Source: Moniliella sp. 'wahieum' (Eukaryota). From it: a DNA stretch of 64,000 nucleotides. Under the pieces are notes generated by a model. That model worked only from the letters and a program-made list of their open reading frames with translations, did not search any database and was not told where the DNA came from. The stretch is from assembly GCA_003971905.1 (NCBI GenBank), contig RSEE01000055.1:248001-312000 (forward strand), read 5' to 3'. Positions within the stretch are counted from its first letter, which is position 1. Each line of letters begins with the position of its first letter. The position numbers were made by a program, and so were the translations under genes. This document shows positions 1-13,859 of the stretch, piece after piece.

Positions 1-3000
1 GACCCGAGATGGTCCGATCCAGGCTATTACGACCCGCCTGCTCCGCACATACCCAGTAAAGCGTGCTCCGCAGTCCAACCAAGTGTGATGATGGTTGATT
101 AAATTAGGTGCCGTGGCCCGAGGGGCCATGCATCCGTGCGACAATAGTCGCTCCCGGCACAAGTCCAAGTCGGCTGGCCTGAATAAGGCCACCGAGCTTC
201 CAGTGTCTTGGCGCGACGACTGTCGCTTCTATCCCTGTTTCCTTTTCCTTTCTTGGTCGCGTCTGCGGCGACCATCCCCTTTTTTGGCGTATCTTCCTTT
301 CTACACCCCCTGTTGTTTGTTTCCGTTTCCCTTTTGATCTTGCCTGTACCCCTGGTTGATGGGGATCCTTTCCCCCACCTTCCATTCTCCTCATCCCTCG
401 TCCACCCTCTCGTCCCTTCCCGACTATCCCTGTCCAACTCCCGCCCTTTTTCCAGCCAATTGATCTAGTATAGGCAGCCCCCTCTCTCCTCTTTTAGTGA
501 CCGTCTCCTCTTCCGACCTCGTCATCCAGAGCACTCCATCAGTCCAGTCGCGCGAGCCCTCCTTCAGCCGCGTCGATTTCTAGGCTCTATCCGGTCTCAA
601 TTAAGGCAGTATTTGACCGTCACTGCCTCCTCCGGTCCCTAAGTCCCGGAGGCTTCAGACACGCTACTACGGCCCAAGCCGGTGCAGACACAGCCTTGCC
701 ACAGGTGCAGCCGCCCCACCAAAGGCCTCTCTTCGTCCCTAGCTACACTCGGATCCACCAACTAGCCCAAGCCCGAAATTACTGTGAGTCGACCTACCCT
801 ACTCTCCTAAGGCCTAAGGGATCGTACCCCCAAAACCCCGGGCGTCCCCCCTGGTGGGGTCCGCCCCGTGACACCCCTCTACTGCATAATAGTTTAGCGG
901 CATTGTCATTAGTAGTTTGCAATCTCAATCGTTCCCATCATTCATCCAATTTCTTCGTCCCCAGCGTTTCGCTATTTCCTTGTTCTTCCGCTTCGCACCA
1001 TCCTGTCCTTTGCTCTTACTTCTTCTCCACGAACGATTGCTACATTCCTTGACCTAGTGTCGACTGTGGTCTCCATCTCCTTAGGTCCCCGAGTGTGACA
1101 GGTGCAAACCCTTGTAAACGGCCAATCGGAGCCACCCACGGAATGTCCGGTTTCAGAACCTGGTCGAAGCGAGCGGATGTAAAGGCACGACAGAGAGACC
1201 CACTGGTTTGGGTGGGTGGCTGTGTGCAAATTTAACGCCACATCTCAGACCCTCCGAGGACGGAGCAACGTGCAACATACATTGTCAAAAAAACCGTTAA
1301 AAAGAGGTCTACATAGGTACTCTGGGACACCTGGCTGTTTGGTCATTACCACACTTGACACCGTAGAAGGCGGACCAGACGGAATCCCAACTGGAGAATA
1401 AGCGTTACTCTTGCAGTGCGATCGATGTGAGCCATACATTCGTCAGCGTAGTATAAGGGGGAAGGATAATCAATGGTGACCGGTGAAGCTTGAAGCTTGA
1501 AGGGAGAATGTGGAATCGCAGCCAACGTGCAAGCTAAGGTTGGAGAGAGGTTGGTCGGTATGCAACAAGACGGTCAATCAAAGGATCACATGGCACAGCT
1601 TGGAGGCCTTAGACATCTGTTTTACTTGGTTGTTCGGGTTGACGTTTACCGTTTATTTATAGTACAACTGTTAGGAGAAAACTAAAGGGCTACTGTGGAT
1701 ATTTATCAGCTCCCGCCGCGTTTCACATGTTTTTGTTTGATTGTTTTTTTTGATCTCTCGGCCCTCAGGGTGAGAGGCCTGACGGTGGGGCTTCTCCGCA
1801 TTCTTTCTATTTGATCGTTGATCCATGACGCATGACATGCACTAGTGACTCTAGTGACTACTGAGAGGGCCCTCTGTAGTCATTAGCCATTTTCAAAAGG
1901 TATATAGGTCACATATATGGAAGAGCATCGGGTGTGGTGTATATTACATCCCACACTGTTGGAGTACTCTCATCTAGGATCGATCTAGCGGTGCAGCTGC
2001 AGTCATTGATTTGCAATTCACAGTACCATACATACGTGAAAATCCCTTCTACCATTTTGTCTACAGACCTTTTACAGAAATAGGACAAGAACTATAAGAT
2101 GAAAAGCGTTGCGCCTATATCAGGATCTCTCATCGGGCGTGCATTCCTGTGGTTTGTATGAACCCAATGAAGAGGCTCGAGCGGGTCACGCCGGTCACGA
2201 CTCCCTCTGGCTCCTGCCATTGGATTCTATATAACCCGAATGGAGCCCGAGATTTTGATAGTATATACCACTGAGCGTGGTCAGAGACTTGTGAGCGATG
2301 AACCGTCTCCGATGCGTGTGGGAGACCCTTGGTCAGTAAGATCTTTCGCGGGCTTAAACATCTTGTGAGCCGTATTGGTGGAATGGTATCCACGTTTCGT
2401 CATGATCAGGGGAAGAGCGTCTATTGTATCAACCTTTCTGGGCCGATATATACGCGAACGCTTCAATTTTTGTAGCTTCTGCCATCGTATGTTGTTGGTA
2501 TACATAAAAGTCCAGAACGTGCTACTGTGACCACACTACATCGTCCTTGGTTAAAACATTCTTCTGGCCTTCTTCGCATCGCACGCTTCCCTTTACCTTT
2601 GGTCTTGTTCTCGTCCCATTCCTCGTGTTTTCTCCCGCAAACGATTTTGCCTTTCATTCTCTCCCGTCTCTGGCTATTATGCCAGTAGAGAGCGTGTTGG
2701 CATCTCTGTTATTAGGGGCCTCCTCCTTGAATTCGACGTGATGTAGGGCCCGATGTTTTCCAGTTTTAACAGAGCTCCCTCCCAAAACCTGACAAAGTTA
2801 CGATCGAGGAGCGTGGCTGCGCGGCGAGCGACCATCGACCTACGTATCCTTGGCGAGACGACGTTTGGGCTATTCCATTCATATTTTCTCTGCTATTTCC
2901 CAGGTTTCGTCCCCATTGGGGATGGAGCGCTGTAAATCTGTTTGCTTCTCCTTGAACGGTGTTCCCTGTGTTCGCTGTCGTTCTCCATTTTCTTGTGTAC

Positions 3001-5335
3001 CTCCCCTTTCTCCTTCGAATGGGTTCTGTTTTCTCTTTAGGTCTAGCCTCTGTACTCAACAGGGGTAGTGGGATTATAATCCCCCCCCCTGCCCACCTTT
3101 TGTTCGATTCATACATTACAGGCAACTCTTCCTCTTTGACTTGCCTGCTCTGCTCTCTGCCCTTTCGACTCTCAGCCTTTCATGTCACAGTTCCACCTTA
3201 TTAGTCGCTCTCGGCGTCCGGATTTCTCCCCTATGCAATCCATGAAGCATTTATCGCAAAAGAGTTCAGTCCCACAGCTCTCCACTCTCAGATCCGGCTC
3301 CAGGCCAACTGAGGCAGTGTTTTGTCCGCCTCTGTCTCATTCCCTGTCCCCCGAATCCGGACGACTTCATCATGCATGCTACCATTGTTCACATCCGTTT
3401 AGTGCCTGCGTGCGCATTCGCCGCACGCAAGGGCCGATAGGCTTCTCCTTTTGTTCCTAATAGCTCCGCTCGGATCCACCAACAAGCCCAGACACAAACA
3501 TCCGTCAGTCGATGATGTTCCATTCTCCAAAAGGGACTGTGCCCTTAAAATCTGGGGCGAGCGCTCGAGTTGGGGACTACTCACTACAGTTTCCCTCCGA
3601 CGCTTATAGCTCTCCAGGTGTTAGAACAGTTGACGGAATGAGGCAAGCAGATGTGTGTTAAGAAATGACGTTTCAGCCTCTCTGTGAATCGTTATTTCTT
3701 TACCAAGAGAAAGACACCATTCTTCGTATGTCAATATGGTACGCACACTATTGGCCTGTCTTCGGTCAACTCTACGCCATTTCTGATCTCCAAACGGAAG
3801 ACATTCCCTTCTCTTCACAGTTTGTTCAACTTTTTAGGCCCGAGGAGCTGACTTGGAAGAGGATGAAAGGACCTGGTCCTTTCTTCTGTGAAGCGGAGAG
3901 GTGTACGCTTTGTTTCGAAAGGAGGGAGCGGGCAAATATTGCCACTCTAAAGGGCTCAAATGCCAAGATGCACATGCGTTCACCGTCAATTCTAGGGTTT
4001 CAACCCTGAATGTGGCGGCGGTTGTTGCTCTTGTGCTTCTTTTTTCGTTCTACTTTTCGACACTCGCATGTCTTTTTGGACATAGCAGGATGCGTGTTTT
4101 GTGGGGAAAAAACCCTCCTACAGATGAGATGATTTCTCGCGTTTCAAGCTGTATGGAAACCGTCTGCTGCAACAGAACTGTTTTGTGGCCCCCAACAGAC
4201 AGAATATTAGTCGATACTATAGTCTGTGTGGTGGTTCGACCGCGGCTATGCTTGCCCCTCTGTTGGTCTACTCCCTCTCCCCTTCGCCCCTCTCGACTGT
4301 GCAGTTAATGTGGACGACGATTGGTAGTTCAAGATAATGGTGGAGGCGAGAATTATGTGAATCGCGTCCAGCTCACAAGAATTACACGTCATGATGTACT
4401 GCCTCGACTCTGACTAGGCATTGGACGCTCTTACTGTTCGAAAGCCATCTCAGCGTCACATTGCCGGAGAAGTTCTGTAACAGTCGGGACTAAACGAGGG
4501 AGACCAAGGTCCTGTCAGAGGCAGGGGAAAAGGCAAGATCGTTCATGGGAGGAAACAGAAAGCATCAGGCAAAGAACCGAGGCAAAAGGGAAGGACGAGC
4601 AAGAGACAGGGTGCAGAATTGGAAATTGGAGCGAGCTTAGTCATTCAGTGACACGTTCCACACCTGTGTGCCTGCGTCATTAACCAGTGCGCAGGCCAGC
4701 TCCATTGAGAAAACTAGTAGCTTATTAGCCCTGCTCTATCACCACTCGCAGGATTTTGGTGCCCTCTTCGGAAAGAGAGCGGCCCGGACGAGATCTGGGA
4801 CACTGTCTCCCCCCCTGGTGTTAAGGCGCTGCACTTTCAATTCGTGTCCCTTTTGTCCCATGCGACTCGTTCATCACGGATCTCTCAAGTGTTTTTCCTG
4901 CAACACATTCCTACATTCCTAGTCTTTGCTTCTTATTCTGACGGTCTGAGTGCAACACTGCGATAGGTCACAGCTAGCGGTTCGAGCGCGAGAGGTAGTA
5001 ATGAGATGACATTGTGAGGGCTATATACTGGCCTTCATACCCCGCCGAGTTGGAGCGCAGAGCAACTACTATAGAGGGACGGGTTTTGGGACACAATCAT
5101 GGCCACAAAAGTCCGGCCATGTCGCATAGAAAAATGATGGGTTCTGTATCACTAGATCATGATCGCTGCCCAACATCCGACTACTAGCCTATGTCTATTC
5201 TTCCATTGTCGTCGTTGCAACGGATCCCGTCGCCCGAACTACGAACAATTCACACTGGACACAAGATGAGGTAGTTTACAATCCATTCAAGGGTACTTTT
5301 TTTTCACCAAAATGCCGTAGCCTTAAAGGGCACGC

Positions 5336-6672
5336 TTAAAGCTGGTACGCCTTCTCGGCCGACACGCCGGCCAGGCCCTTGGCAGCCTGGCCCGTGCCAA
5401 AGCGCTTGAGGCGGATAGCCTGGACAGCAATGAAGCCGGTGGTCTGGTCGGGCTCAAAGCCACCCAACTCGTCCATGGAGGAGAACTTCTCGTCGTACAG
5501 CAGCTCGTCCGACGAACGGCCCTCAATCACCACGTTGCCCTTGTAGAGCTTGACACGCACCGTACCGTTCACCGTCTTCTGCGAGGCGGGAATGCACGAG
5601 CGCACATACTCGCTCTCGGGCGAGAAGAAGAATCCATAGTACAGGATCTCCGACAGCTTGGTCGTGACAATTTGGTCGCGAATGCGGCGCACCTCGCGGT
5701 CCAGCGTCAGACCCTCAAGGTCAATGTGCGCTGCGCGAAGAATCGTCGCACCGGGCGACTCGTAGCACCCACGCGACTTGACGCCAATAAACCGGTTCTC
5801 GACAATGTCAACACGGCCCACACCGTGCTTGCGCGCCAGCGCATTGAGCTTCAGGAAGATCTCCACACCGTCCGTGTAGGTCTTGCCAGTCGCCTTCTCG
5901 TGCACAGCAACAGGAACACCCTGCTTGAAGTCAATCGAGATGTGCTCGGGCGTGTTGGGCGCCTGCTCGGGCGAGGTGGTCAACTTCCACATGTCGTCGG
6001 GAGGGGTGGTGTTGGGGTCCTCAAGGATACCAGCCTCGTACGAGATGTGGAACAGGTTCTCGTCGGTCGACCAGGGCTTGGACTTGGTCTGGGTGACGGG
6101 AATGCCCTTCTTGGCAGCATAGTCAAGCAGTGCCGAGCGACCGACAAAGCGGTTGTAAAACTCGGGGATACGCCAGGGCGCAATGACCTTGATGTCAGGC
6201 TGGAGACCGTAGAAGGCCAGCTCAAAGCGGACCTGGTCGTTGCCCTTGCCAGTGCAGCCGTGCGAGACAAACTGGCAGCCCTTCTGTTGGGCCGTCTCAA
6301 TCATGCCGCGGGCAATGACGGGGCGGGCAAGCGAGGTGCCGAGAAGATACACGTCCTGCGGAGAAAAGCGTTAGCCCACCGCACCTGCGTGCCCCGCAGG
6401 GAGAAAGAAAGGGCAGAGCATACCTCGTAGATGGCGTTGGCCTGGACAGCAGGGTAGATGAGGTTCTCAATGAACTCGCGCTTCATGTCGGCGAGGACGA
6501 AGTCCTTGGCACCGACCTTGAGCGCCTTGACGCGGGCCGCCTCGAAGTCCTCCTCCTGGCCGACATCGGCCATGAAGGCAACCACCTCGTAGCCCTCGTC
6601 GATGAGCCAGGCGAGGATGCAGGAGGTGTCGAGGCCGCCAGAGTAGGCGAGGAGAACGCTGCCTTTGGACAT
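5336..6672 (-). CDS. ARG1: Argininosuccinate synthase, 2 exons (6672-6424, 6355-5336)
   Basis: N-terminal [10 protein letters not shown] motif, [13 protein letters not shown], and [18 protein letters not shown] 68-nt GTATG..GCTAAC..GCAG intron (6356-6423) joins AIYE to [12 protein letters not shown] in frame. No frameshifts. Confidence 0.97.
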
Positions 6673-7544
6673 GGTGAAGAGAGGGGGCGGTGGGATGGTG
6701 GGCTGCGAGAGACGAATCGTCCGCTCTCTTTATCTCTTCTGGCCGAACGGACATGCCGTGACTCAGGCGGGAAGCAGCAGCCTGGTCCCGCCACGGACAA
6801 GAAAAAAATTGTCCGTGCGCGGCGGACAGGCACTGCCCCCGTGCCCACCCCGGTCCTCTCCGCACCCGCCGTGCAATGTCCGCCCACCCGCGGAATTTGC
6901 ACCGACCCAGCCGCGGCAGCACTAGCCGGCTGTGGACGGAAGCACCGCTGGGGTGGATTGGATCTGGAAGAAGGCAGATTTTCGCTTGTCAGATTCGGGG
7001 GTGTGGGACATGTGACTCACGTGCTATCAATGTATCAATGCGACACGCCTTGAGCCTCAGCGTGAGCTCGTCAGCACTGAGTTCTTCCGGCAGGCCCGAA
7101 GCCCTGAAGGCCTTGAGAGCTTGAGCGTCTTGAACCGAAGATTGAAGCTTGAAGTTTTCTACAATTGACCGAACTGCTGAATCTGAGGCCCAAGCTGGCG
7201 TGCTCCAGCTTCTCTTCGTTCTGCCCTGCACTCGTCCCCGTCGGATTGACAGCAAACCAAGTGGTGCTCGCCGTTGTCCCTGCTCCCCTTGCCACAGCCC
7301 CGCCCTCCGCCCCACTTGGCCCGTGGCGGGGAATTTGGGGCCTGCGTCGCGGCGACCCTACAGCGACCCCCAGCCCGATCCTTACGTAACGCATGACGTC
7401 GTGCCATAAGCCCCTGTGCGGGGCACCGGATCCTTTAGGATGGACCCGCCCTCGGCCTGGCGCTTCGGATCTCAACGTCCAGTACGTTCATCGATCCCCC
7501 CGCGATGCTGAGGCGCTGAAGCCAGACGCTGGCGCTCAGCTGTC

Positions 7545-8311
7545 ATGACCACCACCGTCTCCCGCCCCCCCCGCCTCCTTTCTCCCCGCCTCCCGTCCTT
7601 CGCCTTCTCGCATCTCTTCATGCCCAACGACGACGTTCTGGGCTTCAAAGCCGACAAGTTTGTCCTCCGTATCAACCGACCGGGCGCCAAGTCGGTCGGC
7701 AAGACACTACCTCAGGCCACGGCGCCGCCTACGACTAGGCCCGTGTTGGACGTAACAGCGCGCTTCGCGATCGTCTGCTGGCCGAAGCGCGCGCCCAAGC
7801 CGCCCCTGGCAGCACTACGAGCGCCTCTCCTGACCCATTTCGGTTGCTATGGGAGCACGCTGCCGCCTCTTCGTCGCTAGCCAAGGTAGAGGTGGAGCAG
7901 CCAGCTTCTACTCAGTTCCTCGTTTGGCTTGTAATGGGGGCGGTGGGGGTAGGCATGGTAGGCATGGTGCTCTACGGCCTCTTTCTCGCCTTGCTTCCGG
8001 ACGAAGAGGCAATGAATTGGTTTGTCACCGACGTTGTTCCGCCTTTGTTGGTCATCCTTGCCATCTTGGCTGTGCTGGCCATCTTGGGCGCGGTGGTGGG
8101 GTACTATGTGTGCTATTACTTCCCTTTTCTCCCTGTTCGCATTCATGGCCCGGTCATCAACCTTCCCCACATCACCTTGCCTACCCTCACCTTCCTCCCG
8201 CCCCCGACTCACGGCACATTTGCCACGACGGGCGTCGAGCTCCCCGCTTTTTTTGCTCCTTGGCCTGCGGAGCCCGAACCCAAGGTACGCGTGGTGTACA
8301 ATACTAGCTAG
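7545..8311 (+). CDS. Hypothetical small membrane protein (probably one gene split by a frameshift near 7850)
   Basis: ORF 7844-8311 has two long hydrophobic segments (FLVWLVMGAVGVGMVGMVLYGLFLALL; PLLVILAILAVLAILGAVVGYYVCYYF) and overlaps the upstream ORF 7545-7880. No family recognised; start uncertain. Confidence 0.4.
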
Positions 8312-8844
8312 CGCCCTGCTCCTGCTTTGCTCTTCTTTGCTTCCCCGATGTTACCCTGCTGGCACTGTCCTGTTTCCGACCTGCTGTATACGACCTCCTG
8401 TTCCATCCGACCCAACACCCTTTACCTTGTTCCATACTACTCTGCCGACCGTGTTCCCAGCATACCAACACATGTGTTTCATCCTGAACAATACCTGTGC
8501 TATACCGGGCCATAACCAGAGCGCCTGACCAAATCCATGCTACCCAGAAGGATCGAGGCACGTCCCGTTTCGTTACCCCCAGATACACCCAACCAAAAAA
8601 AGAAATGAACAAGATGGATAGAGCGGCGGGTAGACGCAGCGCTCGGCAGAAGCGAATTAAGGAAGGACCTAACACCATAGGGCCCAATCGGAGAGGGAGA
8701 CGATACGACAGCCCAGTGCGTCGATGGGAGGCGATGCAATCCATGCACAGCCCACAAACGAAAGTGGTAAAAGGGAGAAGAGGATGAGCAGAGAAGATGC
8801 ATGGAGCGAAGCTGTCGCGGGGAAAAACACGAGGAGGGAGATGC

Positions 8845-11092
8845 TTAATCGTCCTTGGCCCCCTTGGCCTGGCGGGCGGCCTTGATGAGAGGCACCAAGG
8901 AGCGAAGGTCCTCCTTTCCCAGACGGAGGAACGGGTGCCGACGGAGCGTCCGAGCGTCCGGTCGACGGTCCTGGTCCACAATCAGCGCAGCGTGCAGGAA
9001 GGCACGGAGCGATGGGCTGAGCTGGTCCATGGACGCAATGTGGGGCGTACCCGTCGTGGCAATCAGATAGAGCGCACGCATCGGGTTCTCTGTCAGGTAC
9101 GGCGGTTCGCCATCCACCATCTCAATCACCAAGATGCCCAGGGACCAAATGTCCACCTTGGCTCCGTACGCTTGCCGCGTCACCACCTCGGGCGCCATCC
9201 AGTACGGCGTGCCGACCATGGTGGTTCGCATCCCGGCCCAGCCGCCAACGGGGGTTTGGGCCGAGAAGCCAAAATCACTCAGCTTCACTTCCCCGCCCAG
9301 ACCGAGCAGGACATTGTCCGATTTGATGTCCGGTGGATCACACCGTTGTGTGAAGAAACAGGATGCCATCCAACAAGGCGGTACAGATGCCAGCAATCTG
9401 GGGTTCGGACAGGAGTGGGTGGTGACCACGTCGGTCAGGCTGCCCCCCGGCATGTACTCCATCGCTACCCCAGACTCAACCCCGCCAGCGGGGACCCTTC
9501 CTCCTTCTCCTTTCCTTCTCCCGCTCCCTCTCCTTGCCCTCCTCTGTCCGCTCGCCGGCCATTTGACCTGCGGGCGGAGTGGCAACCATAAACGCATCAA
9601 TAAAGTTGACAATGTGGGGTGATGGCTCGCCCGCGTCCGAGCCAGCACGGCCAACTCGTTGATCAACAATTCCTTTTTGGGCTGCACCGACAACTGCATT
9701 GCCTTGAGCGCCACGCGACTGCGTCCCATTCGACGTGCGTGTGCAAGTGGTGCGCATGCGAAGGGGAGGCGGGATGCGCCCGTGAGGGGAGGAAGAGCGA
9801 GAGCGCGTTCCAACCGAATGAGAGGACGAAGGGGAGGTACTTCGAGACAGAGCAGGTTGCCGCACGTGAGCCACATACACGCCCCCGACACGCCTTGTCC
9901 CACCTTGCGCATGGTCTGGGTATCGTACAACAGGTGCGGATCCGCCTTGTTGCACAGCTCGCGCAAGCGTGCACCACCTCGGCCTCGCCACGGATCCGCC
10001 GCGCATTTTGGGCTGCAATCGTCGCAGGCGACGCATCGTCCGTGCATGTCGCCGTCGGCTGGGCGCCCTCGGTGGCGAGGCAGAAGCAGGAGGAACCAAG
10101 CCAGCGCGCAACCGCAGGTCCGCTTTGAGGCCCGACAGGGGATCCCCCCCGCCCACAGGAACGGTGGGAGAGTCTTGTCGAGCGTGTGCCTGCGCCGTCA
10201 AGGGACTGACCAAGGCCGGGGCTGCAGTAGTGCCGCGGGTCAGTGTCATGGCCCTGGGCCGGCCAGAGGCTCGACCTAGCGACAAGCCTCCGGGAGCTGT
10301 GGAGACCGATGCGGTTCTACGTGAATGTCCGGGGAGAAAAGGATTCGCGGCAAAGGTGGGTGATGGTGACAGTTGCCGTCCGCTGGGTGCCGATGAGGTG
10401 GGCGAGGCAGGAACCGAGGCGAATTTGGGAGGGAAGGCCAGGGGGGGCTTGGGCCGCGTCTCTGTCGTGGGCGGTGGGGGAGCTGGGCGGCTGGCCGCAA
10501 AGGGTGCGTTGGTGGGGGAGGGGTGGCCCGAGGTAGGTGATGCAAGCAGGCCAGTGCCCGGGGAGGAGAGGCCAGCTTGGGACGTGGTTCCCGGCTCGCG
10601 TGCGCCGAGCTGGACAAAGTCCACAATGCCCCGCAGCATGTCCTTGTGCTCACTCTGTTCCTCGGTGGAAATACCGGCAGCTTTGAGAATGTCCTGCCAC
10701 GCCGAAGGCAGCGCCGAATTCTTACCATTCGAGTAGCCGACGTATTTGATCTTTTCTCCACCCGCCTCATCCTTGGCGCGAGTGAGGCCAACGTGGGCCA
10801 GGTGGACGGGGTCGTAGGGCATGGAAATGTTGACACCGCCGCTGCCACTGGCTCGGGACACCACCGAACTGCCGCTCGAACGGCCCTTGGCACTGGCTCG
10901 CCCATCGTCGGAAGAAGGGGCCCACCAGTTGACCGCCATGGTCCACAGTCCTGGGGGAGGCTTGGACGCACCGGGCGTTTCTGGCGCATGGGCCAAGCTA
11001 GACGGAGAGCTGGCCAGGGGGAGCGAATCTTCATTGGACGTGTCGGCGAGGGGAGTATCGCTGTCACCAACGGGGGGATGGGGGTGCGCCAT
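8845..11092 (-). CDS. STE20: p21-activated kinase, Ste20-type (CRIB domain plus C-terminal kinase), with frameshifts
   Basis: CRIB motif ISMPYDPVHLAHVG. Kinase motifs (VIHR)DIKSDNVLL, DFGFSAQ, RTTMVGTPYWMAPEVV, KVDIWSLGILVIEMVDGEPPYL, and a C-terminal SLVPLI G-beta-binding-like motif. No PH domain seen, so not Cla4-like. Start is either 11092 (after a putative GTGAGC..GCTGAT..TAG intron, 11101-11606) or the in-frame ATG at 11482. Confidence 0.88.
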
Positions 11093-13560
11093 GCCCAGGA
11101 CTACCGGATCAGCAGGGCTGCTGCAGTCGCGGGCTAGGATGCTGGGTTGCTGGTCGCTGTTGTGGGTCTGGGGGTCTGGGGGTCGGGGGTCGGAGGGGGG
11201 AGAGAGCGGGCGGGAGGCGGATGAGGGGCTGCTGGGATGGGAGGATGAGCTGAGAGCGAAGGCGGTGGCAAGGGGATGGGTGGGGGAGCGTGACAAGGAG
11301 GGAGGCGCGATGGGCCCCCGCACCAGGGCCGAGGGAGGGGGTAAAGGCGAGAGGGCGTGGGTGGGGCTGACGGCGGGAGAGAGAGAGGGCGAGGGCGGGG
11401 GATGGGGGAGAGGGGTGTCTGTACTCCATCCTCCGCATGGGCTGGACCGAGGAGAGGCGGGTGTGAGGGTGGTGAACGCCATGCGATCGGGGCAGAGGCG
11501 CCGGGCGGCGGGTGGTGGTGGTGGTGGGGGCGGGGGCGGGGGGACGGCGGGGACGGAGAGGGCGATGGGGAGCGCAGGAGGCGCAGATGGCGGTGAGGAT
11601 GCTCACCTGCTCACCACGACCGGGAGGGCAGGATCGGCGTCCACTTTCTCGACGTTGTTTGAGCCCACGAGGAGCCCACGGAGATGCGTGATGCACACGC
11701 AGGATGCGTGATGTACAAGCACATGCAGGATGCGAGATGGCGCATCACGCTTTCCGACGCATGACGCCTGCAGGGAGGCGTGACTGGCGGGGGGGCATGT
11801 AGGCATGCGGCCCGGGCTGGCGCAGGGCCTGTGCGTGGGCACAGTCGCCTCGTGCCGCCACCAGCCGCCGCCCAGCCCCGCGCCCTGGCGTGCGCTCCCA
11901 CGCCTCGGGGCGGGCGTGTTGATTGAGGATGGGCGCAGCCCTCCACACACTGCACGGGTGCCCGGCGCCTCCTACGCGCACCGCGCCTGCACGGCGCCAG
12001 CCACGGCTGCACGCGCCTGCCTGCAACACACCGCCCACCCGAGCCACACGGGGCCACCCAGAGGGCCGGGTGGCCAGCATGCCGCCACCCGGCAGCGCCT
12101 CGCTCTGCCCGATCCCACTGGTTATCCCCTGCATCCCCTGCATCGTCCCCTGCATCCCCTGCATTCCATGCCTCCGCAGCCATCGCCCACCCGCACCCCC
12201 GCCGCTCGTTCCAGCTGCGGGCATCGCGTAGACGCATTTCATCCTAGCGCATCGGGCCACTCGCCCCTGCCCCACCGCCATCAGTGCGTCAGTGTATCAT
12301 CCGTGCCTTCTGTAGATCTTTCTCGCACCCTCCCAGCGCCCTCAGCCGCTCTGGCGCTACGCGTTACGCGCCCACGCGCACCGAAGCCTCCAAAACGTCT
12401 CATCTTCCATCTTCCCCGTGCCTTCCACGTTCCACGCTCACCGCAGCGCCATCCAACCCCTGCCAGCGTGGCAGCCCACACGTCTTGTTTCGGCTGTATT
12501 TATCTCCTCAGTTGTCCCGCCTGCGTCAGCCTCAGCCCTTTCACCCCCCCCCACCCCCCCCCACCCTTGTCAGCCTGACACCTGAGCGCCTGGGCCTGAC
12601 TCAGCAGCGCAAGCTCGACCCTAGCTCAGCCCCAACCCCAGGGGCCCCACCACTGTGAGCGCCCAGTCTGAGCGGGCGCAGCATCCCCTCTCTCGCCTCC
12701 ACGGCCCCCCACTTCCACATCCAACTGGCCTTGACTAAGGCAACTGCCAAGTCCATACGGCCGAGAAGGCGGTCATTGAAAAAGGTGGCTTTGGACTTAC
12801 CACTGCACGCATCGCTCCTGCTGTACGCTCGGCTCCACCCAGTGGGCCCTGCCCCTGGGCGGACCGTAGCGGGATAGAAAGCGCACAGTTCTCTGATATT
12901 TCCTTAGGTGTAACGGTGGGTATATAGCCTTTCTCGGCTTAAACAGTCCGTCGCTCTCACTTGCTCCCCCTTCATCCTATTATATGCTTGTCTACATGTG
13001 CCTATGGTGGCTTGAGCGTACCAGGCTGACTAGTACCAAGCCCTGAAACCATGAAGATACATCCACTTCAAGTTTCGCTACCCGCTTCGACAGGCGCCGT
13101 GGCGTGCGGGACCCCGTCAAGACATACGCCCTCTCCTTTATTCGCCTCTTCTTCGTGGCGAACTGGAGCAACACTTTCTCCCATATTATTGCGCCGCCAT
13201 GATTGCACGCGATTCGGCTTATATGGCAGCTTACCAATTGATCTTCCCAACAGTAGGCAAAGGGAGATGATGCAGCCCCCGTGGTACCTTCGCTATCATC
13301 TCTATACTGTAACAATATCATTAACAGAGCTTAAGGCTGGGACAAAGAAAGGCTGCGCCTTAACCGACCCGCTCATCCAGTGTGTATTGCTTGTTACATG
13401 TTAGTACCAAACCCGTTTAGGGAACTAGGGGAATCGCCAGTAGATCAGGAGCATCTGGCGCTCGCCATTCGCTTCCAAACCGGAGGCAGCACCTGTGGAT
13501 ACCGTGGAGTGTTGTAGACATCCAAGCGGTGAACCACATGTTGGGCCACCGGGTGGTTCG

Positions 13561-13859
13561 AGCTTTGGCCAACGTCCCCTTCAGTTTCCCCTCAGAGGCC
13601 TATAGGGGATCTGTTGTTTTCTCTCTCCTGTTTTGCTTGTTCCCCGCAGTGTCGGCCAGTAATGTGGCCGTGCACAACTCCCGGCCATTCGTCCCGGCTG
13701 CCACTCAAGTCATCACCTTCTCCTCATCCTTCTGCCCGTCCGGTTCCCTAGGCCAACACGCAGCTTACTCCTGGTGGCGACTCGCTGTTTGATGTTCCTC
13801 TGTATTAGGCTTTGCTTCCAGAACCACCATCATTGCTATTGCATTCACCCTCGAGGACC
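13561..13859 (-). repeat. Dispersed repeat copy 1 (degenerate coding fragment, probably transposon-derived)
   Basis: Aligns by eye with 40695-40870 (same orientation) and 23383-23560 (inverted), e.g. CTGGTGGCGACTCGCTG.TTGATGTTCCTCTGTA and GCTTTGGCCAA.GTCCC.TTCAG. Has an ~110-bp insertion relative to the other copies. Confidence 0.75.

Noticed and set aside
1..873. LTR end (…CCGTGACA at 866-873)
   Set aside because: It fits the TG…CA convention, but there is no second LTR, primer-binding site, polypurine tract or pol sequence in the window to support it.
5672..6430. Antisense ORFs over ARG1 (similar ones overlap the quinone reductase, TAF1 and TEL1)
   Set aside because: These are shadow ORFs expected from strong GC3 codon bias on the coding strand.
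11100..12700. Many overlapping Pro/Gly/Ala/Arg-rich ORFs and the GCATCCCCT repeats (PCIPCIVPC) as pheromone precursors
   Set aside because: This is very GC-rich, low-complexity leader or promoter DNA with no repeated pheromone unit ending in CAAX-stop.
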